Origin: Methanothermobacter thermautotrophicus str. Delta H
Lineage (GTDB): Archaea > Methanobacteriota > Methanobacteria > Methanobacteriales > Methanothermobacteraceae
DNA length: 32,000 nt
Direction: 5' to 3'
Assembly (NCBI RefSeq): GCF_000008645.1
Contig: NC_000916.1
Location: 1,050,001 to 1,082,000 of the forward strand
The position numbers and the translations under genes are program-made. Numbering within the stretch: the first letter of the stretch is position 1; every line of letters starts with the position of its first letter. The notes under the pieces were generated by a model. That model was not told the DNA's origin. It did no database searches and worked only from the letters and a program-made list of their open reading frames with translations. Below, piece by piece: positions 18,608-31,002 of the stretch.

Positions 18608-19411
18608 CTACTGCTCTTCCTCCTTAGGCCAGAGACCTGACCATTTCACGGATGCGGCTTCCTCGAAGGATGCGCTCACGAATGACTTGAAGGCCACGAC
18701 CCAGCAGAGTGCACCCACCAGTGAAACCAGCCACCAGCCAGGGTTCAGTCCTATTCCAAGGAGGCCAGCAATGGCCATTGATATGAATCCTGTTGATGCT
18801 GCCAGCTTGAGTGTCCTTGTCTGGTTCTCGTTTGGTCCCAGACAGGCGTTGAATGGGTGCTGGATTGCCATTGTGTTGAGTATGAAGAGCAGACCTATGA
18901 ATCCTGTTGCTATGACTGATGTTAGAACCGCCTGCATGGTGTAGCTGCCTGCAATGGCCGCTGAAAATCCAAGCACTGAGAGAGCTGCTGCCCCTGAAAT
19001 CTCAGCTGTGCATTTCTCAAGGATCGGGATTTTCATCTTAACTATCTTCTTACCGAGTACGGCCACGACGACACCCAGTATCATGGCGAGTATGAGTCCG
19101 ACGACTGGTGCTGCCAGTGCAGGTAGCGTGAACACTGATGCGAGTCCGGCGACAACACCGACTATACCTATTGAAACTGACATGTAACCTATTGATGGGA
19201 CACCGGTACCCAGACCGTAACTTGCAACCCTTCTTATGGCGTCTGCACCCCATATGATTGCGCAGACAGCTCCCAGGGATGCGAAAACGGGGCCTATGAC
19301 CGGGTTAACCGTTGATGCGTATATGCCTCCCAGTCCACCGATTATTCCGAGTGCCATGAGCCTGCTTTCAGGTATGGCTGCACCGGCCGGTCCTCCTGCT
19401 GCTACTGACAT
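18608..19411 (-). CDS. mtrC: Tetrahydromethanopterin S-methyltransferase subunit C
   Basis: Multi-spanning protein; start refined to [22 protein letters not shown] (19411), which abuts mtrD. The track's N-terminal extension to 19477 lies inside mtrD. Confidence 0.96.
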   Translation of the reverse strand: MSVAAGGPAGAAIPESRLMALGIIGGLGGIYASTVNPVIGPVFASLGAVCAIIWGADAIRRVASYGLGTGVPSIGYMSVSIGIVGVVAGLASVFTLPALAAPVVGLILAMILGVVVAVLGKKIVKMKIPILEKCTAEISGAAALSVLGFSAAIAGSYTMQAVLTSVIATGFIGLLFILNTMAIQHPFNACLGPNENQTRTLKLAASTGFISMAIAGLLGIGLNPGWWLVSLVGALCWVVAFKSFVSASFEEAASVKWSGLWPKEEEQ

Positions 19412-20112
19412 TAGAAGACACCTCCATATACGAGTAATGTTGAAAGGGCGCCTGCAACAATGGAGGCTATGAGACATGCCACTATTCCCCTTCCGATCCT
19501 CTTGAATTTAGGATCGTGGAAACCTTCTATGGTACCTCCAATGTTATATGATGCAATAACCGCGTTTATGAAGAATATACCGACGGCGAAGATTGCTGCA
19601 ACACCTGCAGCGCCAATTGCACCATATGAAAGGGTCTTAAGGGCTTCGTTGAGTGCCCAGTATATGAGCCCACCACCTATTCCACCGAGGGCTCCCCCGA
19701 TTATACCGCTGACAAAACAGACGGTTGGTAGACCATGACCCTCGGTACCTGGTGTGACGTATTTTTCCTGTTCCATGCCTGTTAGGGGGTCCACAGCCAC
19801 CTTTGCAGATACAGGAACTGTACCCACACCATATACATAGATGAGGTTACCCACAAGCATGGTGATACCTATCATGAGCATTGAACCAACGGCTCCAGCA
19901 GCCATTATCATGAGTGGGGACTGTCCGGTCATGGCTGCAGCTGTTATGAGTCCTGTTAAACCTGCACCTGCAGCAAGCATTGCTGTACCGGTACCCACTC
20001 CTGTGGCTGTTGCCATAGCTGCTGGCGCACCACCCACAGGTACGAAGTGAACACCTCCACCTATGAGTACTCCTCCAGCGGTTATAGCTCCTATCAGTAG
20101 TAATGGATCCAT
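19411..20112 (-). CDS. mtrD: Tetrahydromethanopterin S-methyltransferase subunit D
   Basis: 233 aa [44 protein letters not shown]... Confidence 0.97.
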   Translation of the reverse strand: MDPLLLIGAITAGGVLIGGGVHFVPVGGAPAAMATATGVGTGTAMLAAGAGLTGLITAAAMTGQSPLMIMAAGAVGSMLMIGITMLVGNLIYVYGVGTVPVSAKVAVDPLTGMEQEKYVTPGTEGHGLPTVCFVSGIIGGALGGIGGGLIYWALNEALKTLSYGAIGAAGVAAIFAVGIFFINAVIASYNIGGTIEGFHDPKFKRIGRGIVACLIASIVAGALSTLLVYGGVF

Positions 20113-21000
20113 CTATTCATCCTCCTTGTATGGTCCATATCTGTTTCTTGCAAAGACTTCAAGTCTGTTGTTGAGGATTATCAGTAACAAGACTATTATG
20201 AGGCCGGATATTATTCCGCCGGTTATACCGAAGACTATTGTGTTCCAGAAGCTGAGGAATACGATTGCACCGAATGCGAATCCTGTTAAGGGTCCGCCGT
20301 ACTTTGCACAGAAGTGAACAACGTCCATTGAGTTCCTTGCACCCAGCTCTGCCTTTGTTGTTATGTCACCGTGAATCGCAACCGGGATACCTCCACCGAA
20401 GGGGTACTGCTGGTACTCCCTTTCAGCACCGTAGTGGACGTCCCCTGTTGATGAACCGATTGCACCTATTGTTATACCCCAGAGCACTGCCAGAAGTGGC
20501 AGCGGGAATGGGTGTGCAAAGCCAGGGATTGGTAGTGTCATGAGGTATGATAATCCTACAATACAGAATGTCACAATAAATCCATGCCCTGCAATTGGGC
20601 CTAAGTGCTGAACCAGCATGTCCATGAAGAGTGGCTGGTTGAACTGGGACTGGCTAACAATTCGTCCCATGTGGGATGTTACAGCGTAGGTTGTGTGTAC
20701 CATTGCGGCGATTACAGCGCCAACTGCAATTGCCATTATCACAGGCAGCTGCATTGACTGCATCAGCACATATGCAACTGAACCAGCAATTCCGCACCAG
20801 GTCCCGTAGGCAACGGGTTCCCCTGAAACGGCCTTGTTGATTATACGGTGCAGGTGTCCCATCTGTGGTGCCAGCTGAACCTGTGAGTTGGGGTTACTCT
20901 GGGATCCTACGTCAGACTCTAAGTCCTCTGCGGCTCCTGCTATGGTTGCAGCTGCACCCATGAGAGCTACAACACCTAAACCTGTTATCATAGGGTCCAT
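20113..21000 (-). CDS. mtrE: Tetrahydromethanopterin S-methyltransferase subunit E
   Basis: 295 aa MDPMITGLGVVALMGAAATIAGAAEDLESDVGSQSNPNSQVQLAPQMGHLHRIINKAVSGEP...; first mtr gene, AGGAGG SD. Confidence 0.98.
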   Translation of the reverse strand: MDPMITGLGVVALMGAAATIAGAAEDLESDVGSQSNPNSQVQLAPQMGHLHRIINKAVSGEPVAYGTWCGIAGSVAYVLMQSMQLPVIMAIAVGAVIAAMVHTTYAVTSHMGRIVSQSQFNQPLFMDMLVQHLGPIAGHGFIVTFCIVGLSYLMTLPIPGFAHPFPLPLLAVLWGITIGAIGSSTGDVHYGAEREYQQYPFGGGIPVAIHGDITTKAELGARNSMDVVHFCAKYGGPLTGFAFGAIVFLSFWNTIVFGITGGIISGLIIVLLLIILNNRLEVFARNRYGPYKEDE

Positions 21001-21028
21001 ATTTCTTCCTCCTTTTATTTTTTTGAAT

Positions 21029-21074
21029 AAAAAAAATTAGGTGCATTACACTTAAAAAGTTTGTGCAATGCACC
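21029..21074 (-). terminator. Hairpin plus U8 terminator-like element between mcrA and mtrE
   Basis: Reverse strand GGTGCATTGCAC-AAACTTTTTAA-GTGTAATGCACC followed by TAATTTTTTTT; 12-bp stem with one G-U pair. Confidence 0.75.
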
Positions 21075-21083
21075 TTCGTTAAT

Positions 21084-22736
<1,653 letters not shown>

Positions 22737-22755
22737 AATCTACACCTCCCCCGGA

Positions 22756-23505
22756 TTATTCTGGGTTGTACCCTCCCTGTGATCTTAAAACGTGGATCCT
22801 CTGCATGATCTCCACGGCGTCTGTATCATCACGGTAGGCTTCACCATCCACACGGTAGATGGTTGTTTTGTTCATGAGGGTTTCCTCATCCAGTGGTTCA
22901 CCAAGGTCCACGGGTTCGTCGAGTTCGTCACCGATCTGGTTCTTGACCATTTCGACTCTGCCGGTGTCCTTGTTGTAGATCTGCCTTCTCAGCATGTCGA
23001 ACATCATACCGTCTTCGTCGAGACGGAGTGAGTGTCCGTGGACAGATTTACCTCTGACACCTGATCTTGCAGGGTCAAAGAATTCTGTTTCAAGGAGTTC
23101 CTTGGATATCTTTTCAAGGTCCCTCTCCCTGGTCTCGATGATCTGACGTCCTGAGAGTGTACCTGCGTCTGCACCCCTGTACCTGCAGAGGTATGCCCTT
23201 GATCGTACGTATGGCTGTGCTGGAGCAAAGTACATTGAGTCTGTGAACTGTATGTATCGGACCCTGTCACCGGCCTTTGCACCGTCTATTGGTTCAACCA
23301 TTTCTCTTATTGCGTCCTCTGGTTCATCCATCTCTTCCAGTGGTGGGTGAACACTTGGATATTCTTCCCCTGGGGCCCTGTGACCCAGAATCTTTACTAC
23401 ATCTTCATCTGAGATTTCTCTCAGCTTTTCGAGTTCGTATTCAGGGTTACAGAAATTCCTTCTGTTCTGAGCAACCTTACTTGTTCCGGGATAGTATTGT
23501 GCCAT
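22756..23505 (-). CDS. mcrG: Methyl-coenzyme M reductase I subunit gamma
   Basis: MAQYYPGTSKVAQNRRNFCNPEYELEKLREISDEDVVKILGHRAPGEEYPSVHPPLEEM...; start refined to 23505. Confidence 0.98.
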   Translation of the reverse strand: MAQYYPGTSKVAQNRRNFCNPEYELEKLREISDEDVVKILGHRAPGEEYPSVHPPLEEMDEPEDAIREMVEPIDGAKAGDRVRYIQFTDSMYFAPAQPYVRSRAYLCRYRGADAGTLSGRQIIETRERDLEKISKELLETEFFDPARSGVRGKSVHGHSLRLDEDGMMFDMLRRQIYNKDTGRVEMVKNQIGDELDEPVDLGEPLDEETLMNKTTIYRVDGEAYRDDTDAVEIMQRIHVLRSQGGYNPE

Positions 23506-23506
23506 A

Positions 23507-24103
23507 TCATGCACCTCCTAATGCTAACTTAACCTTTCTTATAATCTCATCAAGTTTTTCCTGGGGACAGGTTTCTCCTCTTATGACTCCACTCACAATG
23601 TCAACGATGGTGCCCTTTGTTTTTGGTTCATCTGGCATGACAGCCCTTGTCCTTACACCTATCTTTGCAAAGTCCTCGAAGTCCACGGGGTATTCGCAGA
23701 TGATTATGCATGGTCTGTCGACGTTCCTGAGTATGAGGCGCGCCTTGTAGGTAATGTGATTTTTGACTCCTCCAAGGTGTACGACCAGGAGTTTGTGCCT
23801 CTTCATCTGCTCGACTTCAGCCGGTGTCAGACCGAAGAGACTTCCTGCTCCAGCGCTTGGAGCGTCCTGCGGTACTCCTGCACCTGCATTCAGGACTATG
23901 GTGCTGGTCATTATGTTGGCTTCCCTGAGGGCGAATGTTATCTCGCAGACAGGCTTTGTGATGTGGCGTCTGCCAGGTGACATTGCCACTGCAAGGACTT
24001 CACTTCCACACTGGGCGAAGGTGCCCCTCTGGGCTATTCCTCCCCCTTCACCCATTCCCATTGTTTCTCTGCAGTCAACAACGTGAGTGCACTTTCCGAT
24101 CAT
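23507..24103 (-). CDS. mcrC: Methyl-coenzyme M reductase operon protein C
   Basis: 198 aa [64 protein letters not shown]... Confidence 0.96.
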
Positions 24104-24541
24104 CTAATGCTCCTTTTTCCTTTTTATTATGGTGGCCCTTTCACTGAGCCGGGCGTTCTGGTCTGTGAGACCTATTAGTTCCTCCGGCACCTTATCAAGG
24201 TCCTCACCATACTTTATCTCATCCGTCACTGTCTTCTGCGTCCTTATATATTTTCCAGGAGTAACATCGTATCCAAAGGGCAGGAGATCCTCACAGACCC
24301 TTTTGATGTCAGCTATTGTGTCCTCGTCCTCTATCTCAAGGAGTACTCGGCCTGTTTTCACCTGAAGCTCGAATTCATGACCTTTAACGCTGATTATGCG
24401 TCTGTCAGGGTGGTCCTCTGGTGGCAGGCGCTGTCCATGTATCACCATTCTCTTAACGCCGCTGATGTCCTCAAGGCGGTTAAGGAGTTTCTCGGTGGTG
24501 TCAGCCCCTAGTAGCCGGTGTGGAAATATCTGAACGTCCAT
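24104..24541 (-). CDS. mcrD: Methyl-coenzyme M reductase operon protein D
   Basis: 145 aa [40 protein letters not shown]... Confidence 0.96.
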
Positions 24542-24572
24542 TGGTTTTTTGCCCCCAGTTCTGAGAGATTAT

Positions 24573-25934
<1,362 letters not shown>

Positions 25935-25983
25935 CTAAACATCCAGGACCCCCCTTTTTGGAAAAGGCAATAAGGCCCTTGGA

Positions 25984-25999
25984 GGGTGTTAAAACACCC
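25984..25999 (-). repeat. Inverted repeat gggtgttaaaacaccc at the predicted start of the mcr leader
   Basis: Perfect 7-bp arms (gggtgtt/aacaccc), 2-nt spacer. Confidence 0.6.
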
Positions 26000-26015
26000 G
26001 TCTTAGTATACGATG

Positions 26016-26024
26016 CATATTTAA
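26016..26024 (-). promoter_or_regulatory. Candidate mcr TATA box
   Basis: Reverse strand AAGTTAAATATGCATCG; expected TSS near 25993. Confidence 0.45.
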
Positions 26025-26227
26025 CTTGATTATAATTAATTAAGATTTCTTTCTGAATCAAGTCGAAAGCTTTATATGTAAAAACACCTTTTTTTGGGTT
26101 TTCTGGATTTTTTATATGGTGGCGTTGATTTTTGTGATCATCCCAAAGCAGAGTATCATCAGCAGGGAGTAATAATAATCATCCTCTGGTCATTCACAGT
26201 CACTGCCCCATGGGTCCAGAGCCGGTA

Positions 26228-26241
26228 ATAAATTATATTTA
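26228..26241 (+). promoter_or_regulatory. Candidate TATA box for the Mmp10-like gene
   Basis: taaattatatttag about 25-35 nt before ATG 26265, implying a very short or absent leader. Confidence 0.4.
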
Positions 26242-26264
26242 GAGCTCTCCACAGAGAGAGTGAC

Positions 26265-27515
26265 ATGCAGATAATAGCTGATTTAGGTGGTATACCTGGA
26301 AAGGACTGCAGGGGATTCTGCAGGTACTGCTACTTCCGTAAAGTTGGTGAATTTGAAGCATTTGGGTGTAAAAACTGTTCACCAGGTAGGGTTGGATGTG
26401 AAACTTGTGGAAAGGGTGTTGCAGAGATTGGTAATGAATTCCTGCCCCCCTTTCTTGTCATGGGCAACGTGCAGACAACTCTCATGATGGGGAATTTTCA
26501 GGATAGGGACGTGAAGATAAACATCAGCGGCGGAGGGGATGTGAGCTGCTACCCCCACCTTGAGGAACTCACAGCAGGTCTTGGTGAATTCGGAATCCCC
26601 ATACATCTTGGTTACACAAGCGGGAAGGGGATAGATGACCCAGGAATCGCCTCGAGGCTCATTGAAAATGGTGTTGATGAGGTCACCTTCACCGTGTTCT
26701 CAGCAAACCCTGATCTGAGGCGTGAGTGGATGCGGGATGAAAATGCCTTCCAGGGGCCCCTTGAGGCCCTCAGGATATTCTGTGAGTCCTGTGAGGTCCA
26801 TGCAGCATCTGTGATAATACCCGGGGTAAACGATGGCGATGACCTCCTTGAAACATGCGCGAGACTCGAGGAGTGGGGTGCCACCGGTTTCATCATGATG
26901 AGATTCGCCAACTATGAACACCAGGGCCTCATACTTGGAAATGAGCCCATCATTGAGGGCGTGGAGCCCCACACCGTCTCTGAATTTGAAGAACTTGTGA
27001 GGGCAATTGACCGGGAATTCAATCTCCGTGTGACCGGAACCCCGGTCTGTGACCCCCAGAACGGCACGCCCTTTGTCCTTGCAGCTGATTCAAGCAGGGA
27101 ATACCTTGAAATCCTCCCTGAGATTCAGGGCGAGGCCACCATAATCACCGGATCCATTGCAGCACCCTACATAAGGAGGATAATACACAACCTTGGGGCT
27201 GATGACCTGGTGAACGTTGTTGGTGTCAATAAGGACATAGCCTGCCTCATAACCCTCAGGGACCTTGAGGAGGTGGATCCCGGCGATCTGAGGGAAACAG
27301 TCATAATCCCTGGAAGGGCCTTTGTGCATGACATGCAGGCCAGGGAGGTTCTCAGCCGTGACGGTGTCGACCGGATCGTTGTGAGGGGCCCTGACAGGTT
27401 GACGGTTGATGGGGAGATGAGTGGCACCCTCTCAGAGTATGACGTGATCGAGAGGGAGATGGAAGCCTTCTATGAACTCATACAGGCAATAAATTTCTTT
27501 GGTGCTTCTGAATGA
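26265..27515 (+). CDS. mmp10: Radical SAM methanogenesis marker protein 10, McrA arginine C-methyltransferase
   Basis: 416 aa MQIIADLGGIPGKDCRGFCRYCYFRKVGEFEAFGCKNCSPGRVGCETCGKGVAEIGNEFLPPF...; Mmp10 cysteine motifs; divergent from mcr. Confidence 0.92.
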   Translation: MQIIADLGGIPGKDCRGFCRYCYFRKVGEFEAFGCKNCSPGRVGCETCGKGVAEIGNEFLPPFLVMGNVQTTLMMGNFQDRDVKINISGGGDVSCYPHLEELTAGLGEFGIPIHLGYTSGKGIDDPGIASRLIENGVDEVTFTVFSANPDLRREWMRDENAFQGPLEALRIFCESCEVHAASVIIPGVNDGDDLLETCARLEEWGATGFIMMRFANYEHQGLILGNEPIIEGVEPHTVSEFEELVRAIDREFNLRVTGTPVCDPQNGTPFVLAADSSREYLEILPEIQGEATIITGSIAAPYIRRIIHNLGADDLVNVVGVNKDIACLITLRDLEEVDPGDLRETVIIPGRAFVHDMQAREVLSRDGVDRIVVRGPDRLTVDGEMSGTLSEYDVIEREMEAFYELIQAINFFGASE

Positions 27516-28828
27516 GTCGTGTAACTGTTGTAACACCTGAACACTACAATTACGGTTCAATGCTCATTGCAGGAGCCCTTAGGGACCTTGGACACAGGGT
27601 TGAAATCAGAAAGGGATTTGATGGTGTTAAATCAGAGATCGTATTCATAAGCCTTCAGTCCACCATCCACCTCCTGAGATACAGGGATATTATTAATAAA
27701 ATGGGCGGCTTCAGGGTGGTGGGGGGTCCGGTCAGCATAGACCCTGAGATGGTATTCAGGTACCTCGATGTGGACCTCGTGGTGATGGGTGAGGGTGAGG
27801 ACAAGGTCGGTCCTGTGATGGAGCTTGCAGCTGGAAATTGTAAACCAGAGGATGTCCCCGGTGCAGCCTTCAGATCACCGGAGGGAATTGTGGTCAGTGA
27901 ATCATCACCCTGCCCCATGGAGAGGCCCCTACCCCTTGTTCCAGGTGATATCTCCAGGGAGGATATACGGGGTGCCAGTGTCTACATTGAAACCCACAGG
28001 GGATGTCCCGGTAACTGCACCTTCTGTCAGGTCCCTGAATTCTTTGGCAGAAATGTGAGGAGCAGGCCCCTAAAGGACATAATCATGGAGGTCCGGGAAC
28101 TGAAGTCATCGGGTGCCAGGAGGTTCGCCATAAGTGGAGGTACAGGCACCCTCTATGGCAGCAGCAAATTCAGGGGTATTGATGAGGAAGCCTTCAGGGA
28201 TCTTCTGAGGTGCATAAGTGAGGTCACCGGCAGTAGAAACCTCACCGTGCCGGATATAAGGGTCGATATGGTCAGCCCAGAGATTCTTGATGCCATATCA
28301 GAGTACACGAATGGATGGGTCTTCTATGGTATAGAATCCGGGAGCAGGAGAATGCTCAGGAAGATGAAGAAGGGCATAACCCCTGATCAGGTTGTTGAGG
28401 CCGTTGAACTTGCAAGGGAGTACAACTTAAAAGTTGCAGGCTCCTTCATCGTCGGTTACCCTGGTGAGGACGATGATGACTACCAGGAGACCCTTGAACT
28501 TGCAGATGAACTCATGCTGGATGACTACTTCGTGAGCATAGCCGAGCCACTGCCCGGTACTGAACTCGGTGAGGAGGTCATGGAACTCCCTGAGGATGAA
28601 AACCCGGTATTCATGAAGTCCAGTAACAGGCGATTTGATAGTCTGGCAGAGGAGAGGGCCTTCAATTTACTCCTGGAATCCTATGTATTCCGAAGTGTGC
28701 CGGTCCCCATGACGTCCAGGCTTTTAAAGTCAATAACTGAGGAGGTTCGTCAGCAGCAGGAGCATATAAGAACCGTTACCGGATGCTCAAGGGAAAGCTG
28801 TGATGGATTCGGAGGTTTATCACTCTGA
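27512..28828 (+). CDS. mgmA: Cobalamin-binding-domain radical SAM protein, likely McrA glutamine C-methyltransferase (MgmA-like)
   Basis: 438 aa MSRVTVVTPEHYNYGSMLIAGALRDLGHRVEIRKGFDG...VYIETHRGCPGNCTFCQVPEFFGRNVRSRPLKDIIMEV; B12-binding-like N-terminus plus CX3CX2C; ATGA overlap with mmp10. Confidence 0.75.
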   Translation: MSRVTVVTPEHYNYGSMLIAGALRDLGHRVEIRKGFDGVKSEIVFISLQSTIHLLRYRDIINKMGGFRVVGGPVSIDPEMVFRYLDVDLVVMGEGEDKVGPVMELAAGNCKPEDVPGAAFRSPEGIVVSESSPCPMERPLPLVPGDISREDIRGASVYIETHRGCPGNCTFCQVPEFFGRNVRSRPLKDIIMEVRELKSSGARRFAISGGTGTLYGSSKFRGIDEEAFRDLLRCISEVTGSRNLTVPDIRVDMVSPEILDAISEYTNGWVFYGIESGSRRMLRKMKKGITPDQVVEAVELAREYNLKVAGSFIVGYPGEDDDDYQETLELADELMLDDYFVSIAEPLPGTELGEEVMELPEDENPVFMKSSNRRFDSLAEERAFNLLLESYVFRSVPVPMTSRLLKSITEEVRQQQEHIRTVTGCSRESCDGFGGLSL

Positions 28829-30043
28829 AAATTTCATGGATGCATTTTTAATGACCTCCTCAAGGGATGATCCCTCTGGAGGTACTTTTCCAAGAAGATA
28901 ATCCGAAAAAAGAAGTTCTGGACCCTCTGATAATTTTTCGATCACCAGAACGTCAATATTCTCATCTTTCAGGAGCTCAGCAGCTCGAATCCCCCTCTTT
29001 GTTCTAAGTGATTTCCCGGAATTTTCAATTATCCTGTAATCGAGTATCTCACCCCTCCTGGTTCTTGCAATAAGGAAGGAGTCTGCCCTTCCAAAGTGGG
29101 TGCTGATTCTGGATTCCATTCCATGGTTATCTGCAAGCGGCACCGCAACCACAACCTCCTCCCTTTTAACTGTCTCCGGCTGTACCGTGAGGTGGTCAAT
29201 GGATGGGAGAACCTCCTTAACCCGGGAGTTTATCTGAGAAATGATCCCCTCTATCTTATCCACAGGCAGGCCCCTTTCAAGTTCAATATGCAGCTCGCCA
29301 AAGAGGTAGGGTCCAGATCTTCTTATTCTGATATCATGAACCCCCTCAACACCTGGGACCGATAAGACCGTCTTCTTTATGACTTCAATGGAATCACGGT
29401 CAATACATGCATCAAGGAGGGTCAGAACATCATATTTTGCAAGCCTGATCCCAATATAAATTATCACCACAGATATTATCACTCCTGCGATTCCCTGAAA
29501 GCCATGAAGCCCCATGTACTCCCCGAGGATCCCTAGGAAGACAAGAATGGAGGATATGACATCCACGTAGCTGTGCTTTCCATCGTTAAGGAGGGCTGTT
29601 GAACCGATTCTCCTCCCAACCCTAACCTTATAAAATGCAATGGCATAGGAGACTCCAATCGATATCAAACTCACTGCAAGGCTTGCAGTGGCCATGGAAA
29701 CCTCTGAAGCTGGATTTAAAATGTAAATAATGGAGTCCCATGTTATCTCCAGACCGGTTATTATGATCAGCACTGAAACGAGGAGGGAAACAAGGGTTTC
29801 AATTCTATGGTATCCATAGGGAAATAGTTCATCAGGTTTTCTCTGTGAGAGCTTAAGACCAATGAATACGGCGGCTGATGAGAATACATCCGCAAAGGAA
29901 TGTATAGCATCTGCTATCAGGGCTATATTTCCAGAGAGATAACCGGTAAACCCCTTTATCACCACTAAAATCATGTTGATGATTACCGAATACTTGGAAG
30001 CGGTTTCTCCCTCCTTCAGTGGTGCTCCATCATTCTCTTTCAT
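28820..30043 (-). CDS. Cation diffusion facilitator (CDF) transporter fused to a C-terminal dinitrogenase Fe-Mo cofactor (NifX/NafY)-like domain
   Basis: N-terminal ...NMILVVIKGFTGYLSGNIALIADAIHSFADVFSSAAVFIGLKLSQRKPDELFPYGYHRIE (CDF; translated text begins KYSVIINMILVV); C-terminal VAVPLADNHGMESRISTHFGRADSFLIARTRRGEILDYRIIEN. Confidence 0.85.
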   Translation of the reverse strand: MKENDGAPLKEGETASKYSVIINMILVVIKGFTGYLSGNIALIADAIHSFADVFSSAAVFIGLKLSQRKPDELFPYGYHRIETLVSLLVSVLIIITGLEITWDSIIYILNPASEVSMATASLAVSLISIGVSYAIAFYKVRVGRRIGSTALLNDGKHSYVDVISSILVFLGILGEYMGLHGFQGIAGVIISVVIIYIGIRLAKYDVLTLLDACIDRDSIEVIKKTVLSVPGVEGVHDIRIRRSGPYLFGELHIELERGLPVDKIEGIISQINSRVKEVLPSIDHLTVQPETVKREEVVVAVPLADNHGMESRISTHFGRADSFLIARTRRGEILDYRIIENSGKSLRTKRGIRAAELLKDENIDVLVIEKLSEGPELLFSDYLLGKVPPEGSSLEEVIKNASMKFSE

Positions 30044-30050
30044 GTCAATT

Positions 30051-30146
30051 CAGCCCCATTTAGCATTAGCTCATCAACCATTAACTTGATCTGGGAGGTT
30101 GAGTTTAGTCAGCCAGCCCCATATTTAGCATTAGCTCATCAACCAT
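30051..30146. repeat. Direct micro-duplication: cagcccc + atttagcattagctcatcaaccat, copies at 30051-30081 and 30114-30146
   Basis: 24-nt exact core plus 7-nt flank; the second copy has an extra 'at'. It is the 3' coding end of the MinD-like gene. Confidence 0.9.
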
Positions 30147-31001
30147 CCCCCTAAATAGCTTTTTAAGGTGGGGATTGAAGATCACTGCGGGTAATCCGTT
30201 GACCAGAGCATCTGTAAATGCCAAATCATAGGGTATTATTCCCATGATGGGTATCTCATTTCTATCTGCAAGATCTTCTATCTCAGCTGCGATCTCATGA
30301 TTTAAATCATATTTATTGATTATTATGGAGTGTGGGATCCCAAAATGACTTACAAGTTCTATTGCACGTTTAGAGTCATTTATAGCTGCCTTTGTAGGTT
30401 CCGTTACTATAATGGCCCGGTCACATCCCTTAACTGATGATACCACAGGGCAGCCAATACCGGCTGCTGAATCCAGGAGAGCCAGATCCATGCCCTCCGC
30501 TCTTCCAATTTCAGAGACCTTTCTCCTCAGAGAATCCACAATCTTTCCTGAGCCTCTCTCACCAATTTTAAGATGGCCGGATACCACAGGGAAACCGTAA
30601 TCAGACTTAAAATAGCAAATCTTTCCTGTATCCACTTCTTTGATGTCTATCGCTCTATCAGGGCATATATATGCACATGCTCCGCATCCTTCACAGAGAA
30701 ATTCATTTATTTCAGGTTTTGAGTTCTTTGCACTCCATTTTATTGCATTGAATCTGCATACCCTCACACATTTCTTTCTTGATTTGCATTTTTCAGCCAT
30801 TAAGAATGCCTTTTCAGAGGCCCTTATGGTTTCGCACTCCACATCCCCTGAAGATCCCATGATGAGTGCCAGATTGGGTGTGTCCACATCGCAGTCTCCA
30901 AGGATTATTTCTGCTCTATCAGCAAGTAGAACAGCCATTGAAGCCACTATGCTGCTCTTTCCAGCCCCACCCTTTCCTGAGAGGATGCATACCTCCTTCA
31001 C
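30105..31001 (-). CDS. MinD/ParA-like P-loop ATPase with inserted ferredoxin domain
   Basis: GTG start (AGAGGTG SD): VKEVCILSGKGGAGKSSIVASMAVLLADRAEIILGDCDVDTPNLAL...CEGCGACAYICPDRAIDI. Confidence 0.92.
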   Translation of the reverse strand: MKEVCILSGKGGAGKSSIVASMAVLLADRAEIILGDCDVDTPNLALIMGSSGDVECETIRASEKAFLMAEKCKSRKKCVRVCRFNAIKWSAKNSKPEINEFLCEGCGACAYICPDRAIDIKEVDTGKICYFKSDYGFPVVSGHLKIGERGSGKIVDSLRRKVSEIGRAEGMDLALLDSAAGIGCPVVSSVKGCDRAIIVTEPTKAAINDSKRAIELVSHFGIPHSIIINKYDLNHEIAAEIEDLADRNEIPIMGIIPYDLAFTDALVNGLPAVIFNPHLKKLFRGMVDELMLNMGLAD

Positions 31002-31002
31002 A

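Noticed and set aside
19412-19477. N-terminal extension of MtrC in the ORF track
   Set aside because: [15 protein letters not shown]... at 19411 matches the expected MtrC start and abuts mtrD; the extension is an out-of-frame reading of mtrD.
21029-21074. mcrA-mtrE hairpin as a transposon end or integration site
   Set aside because: Single hairpin followed by a U-run, with no transposase, target duplication or second end; terminator function fits better.
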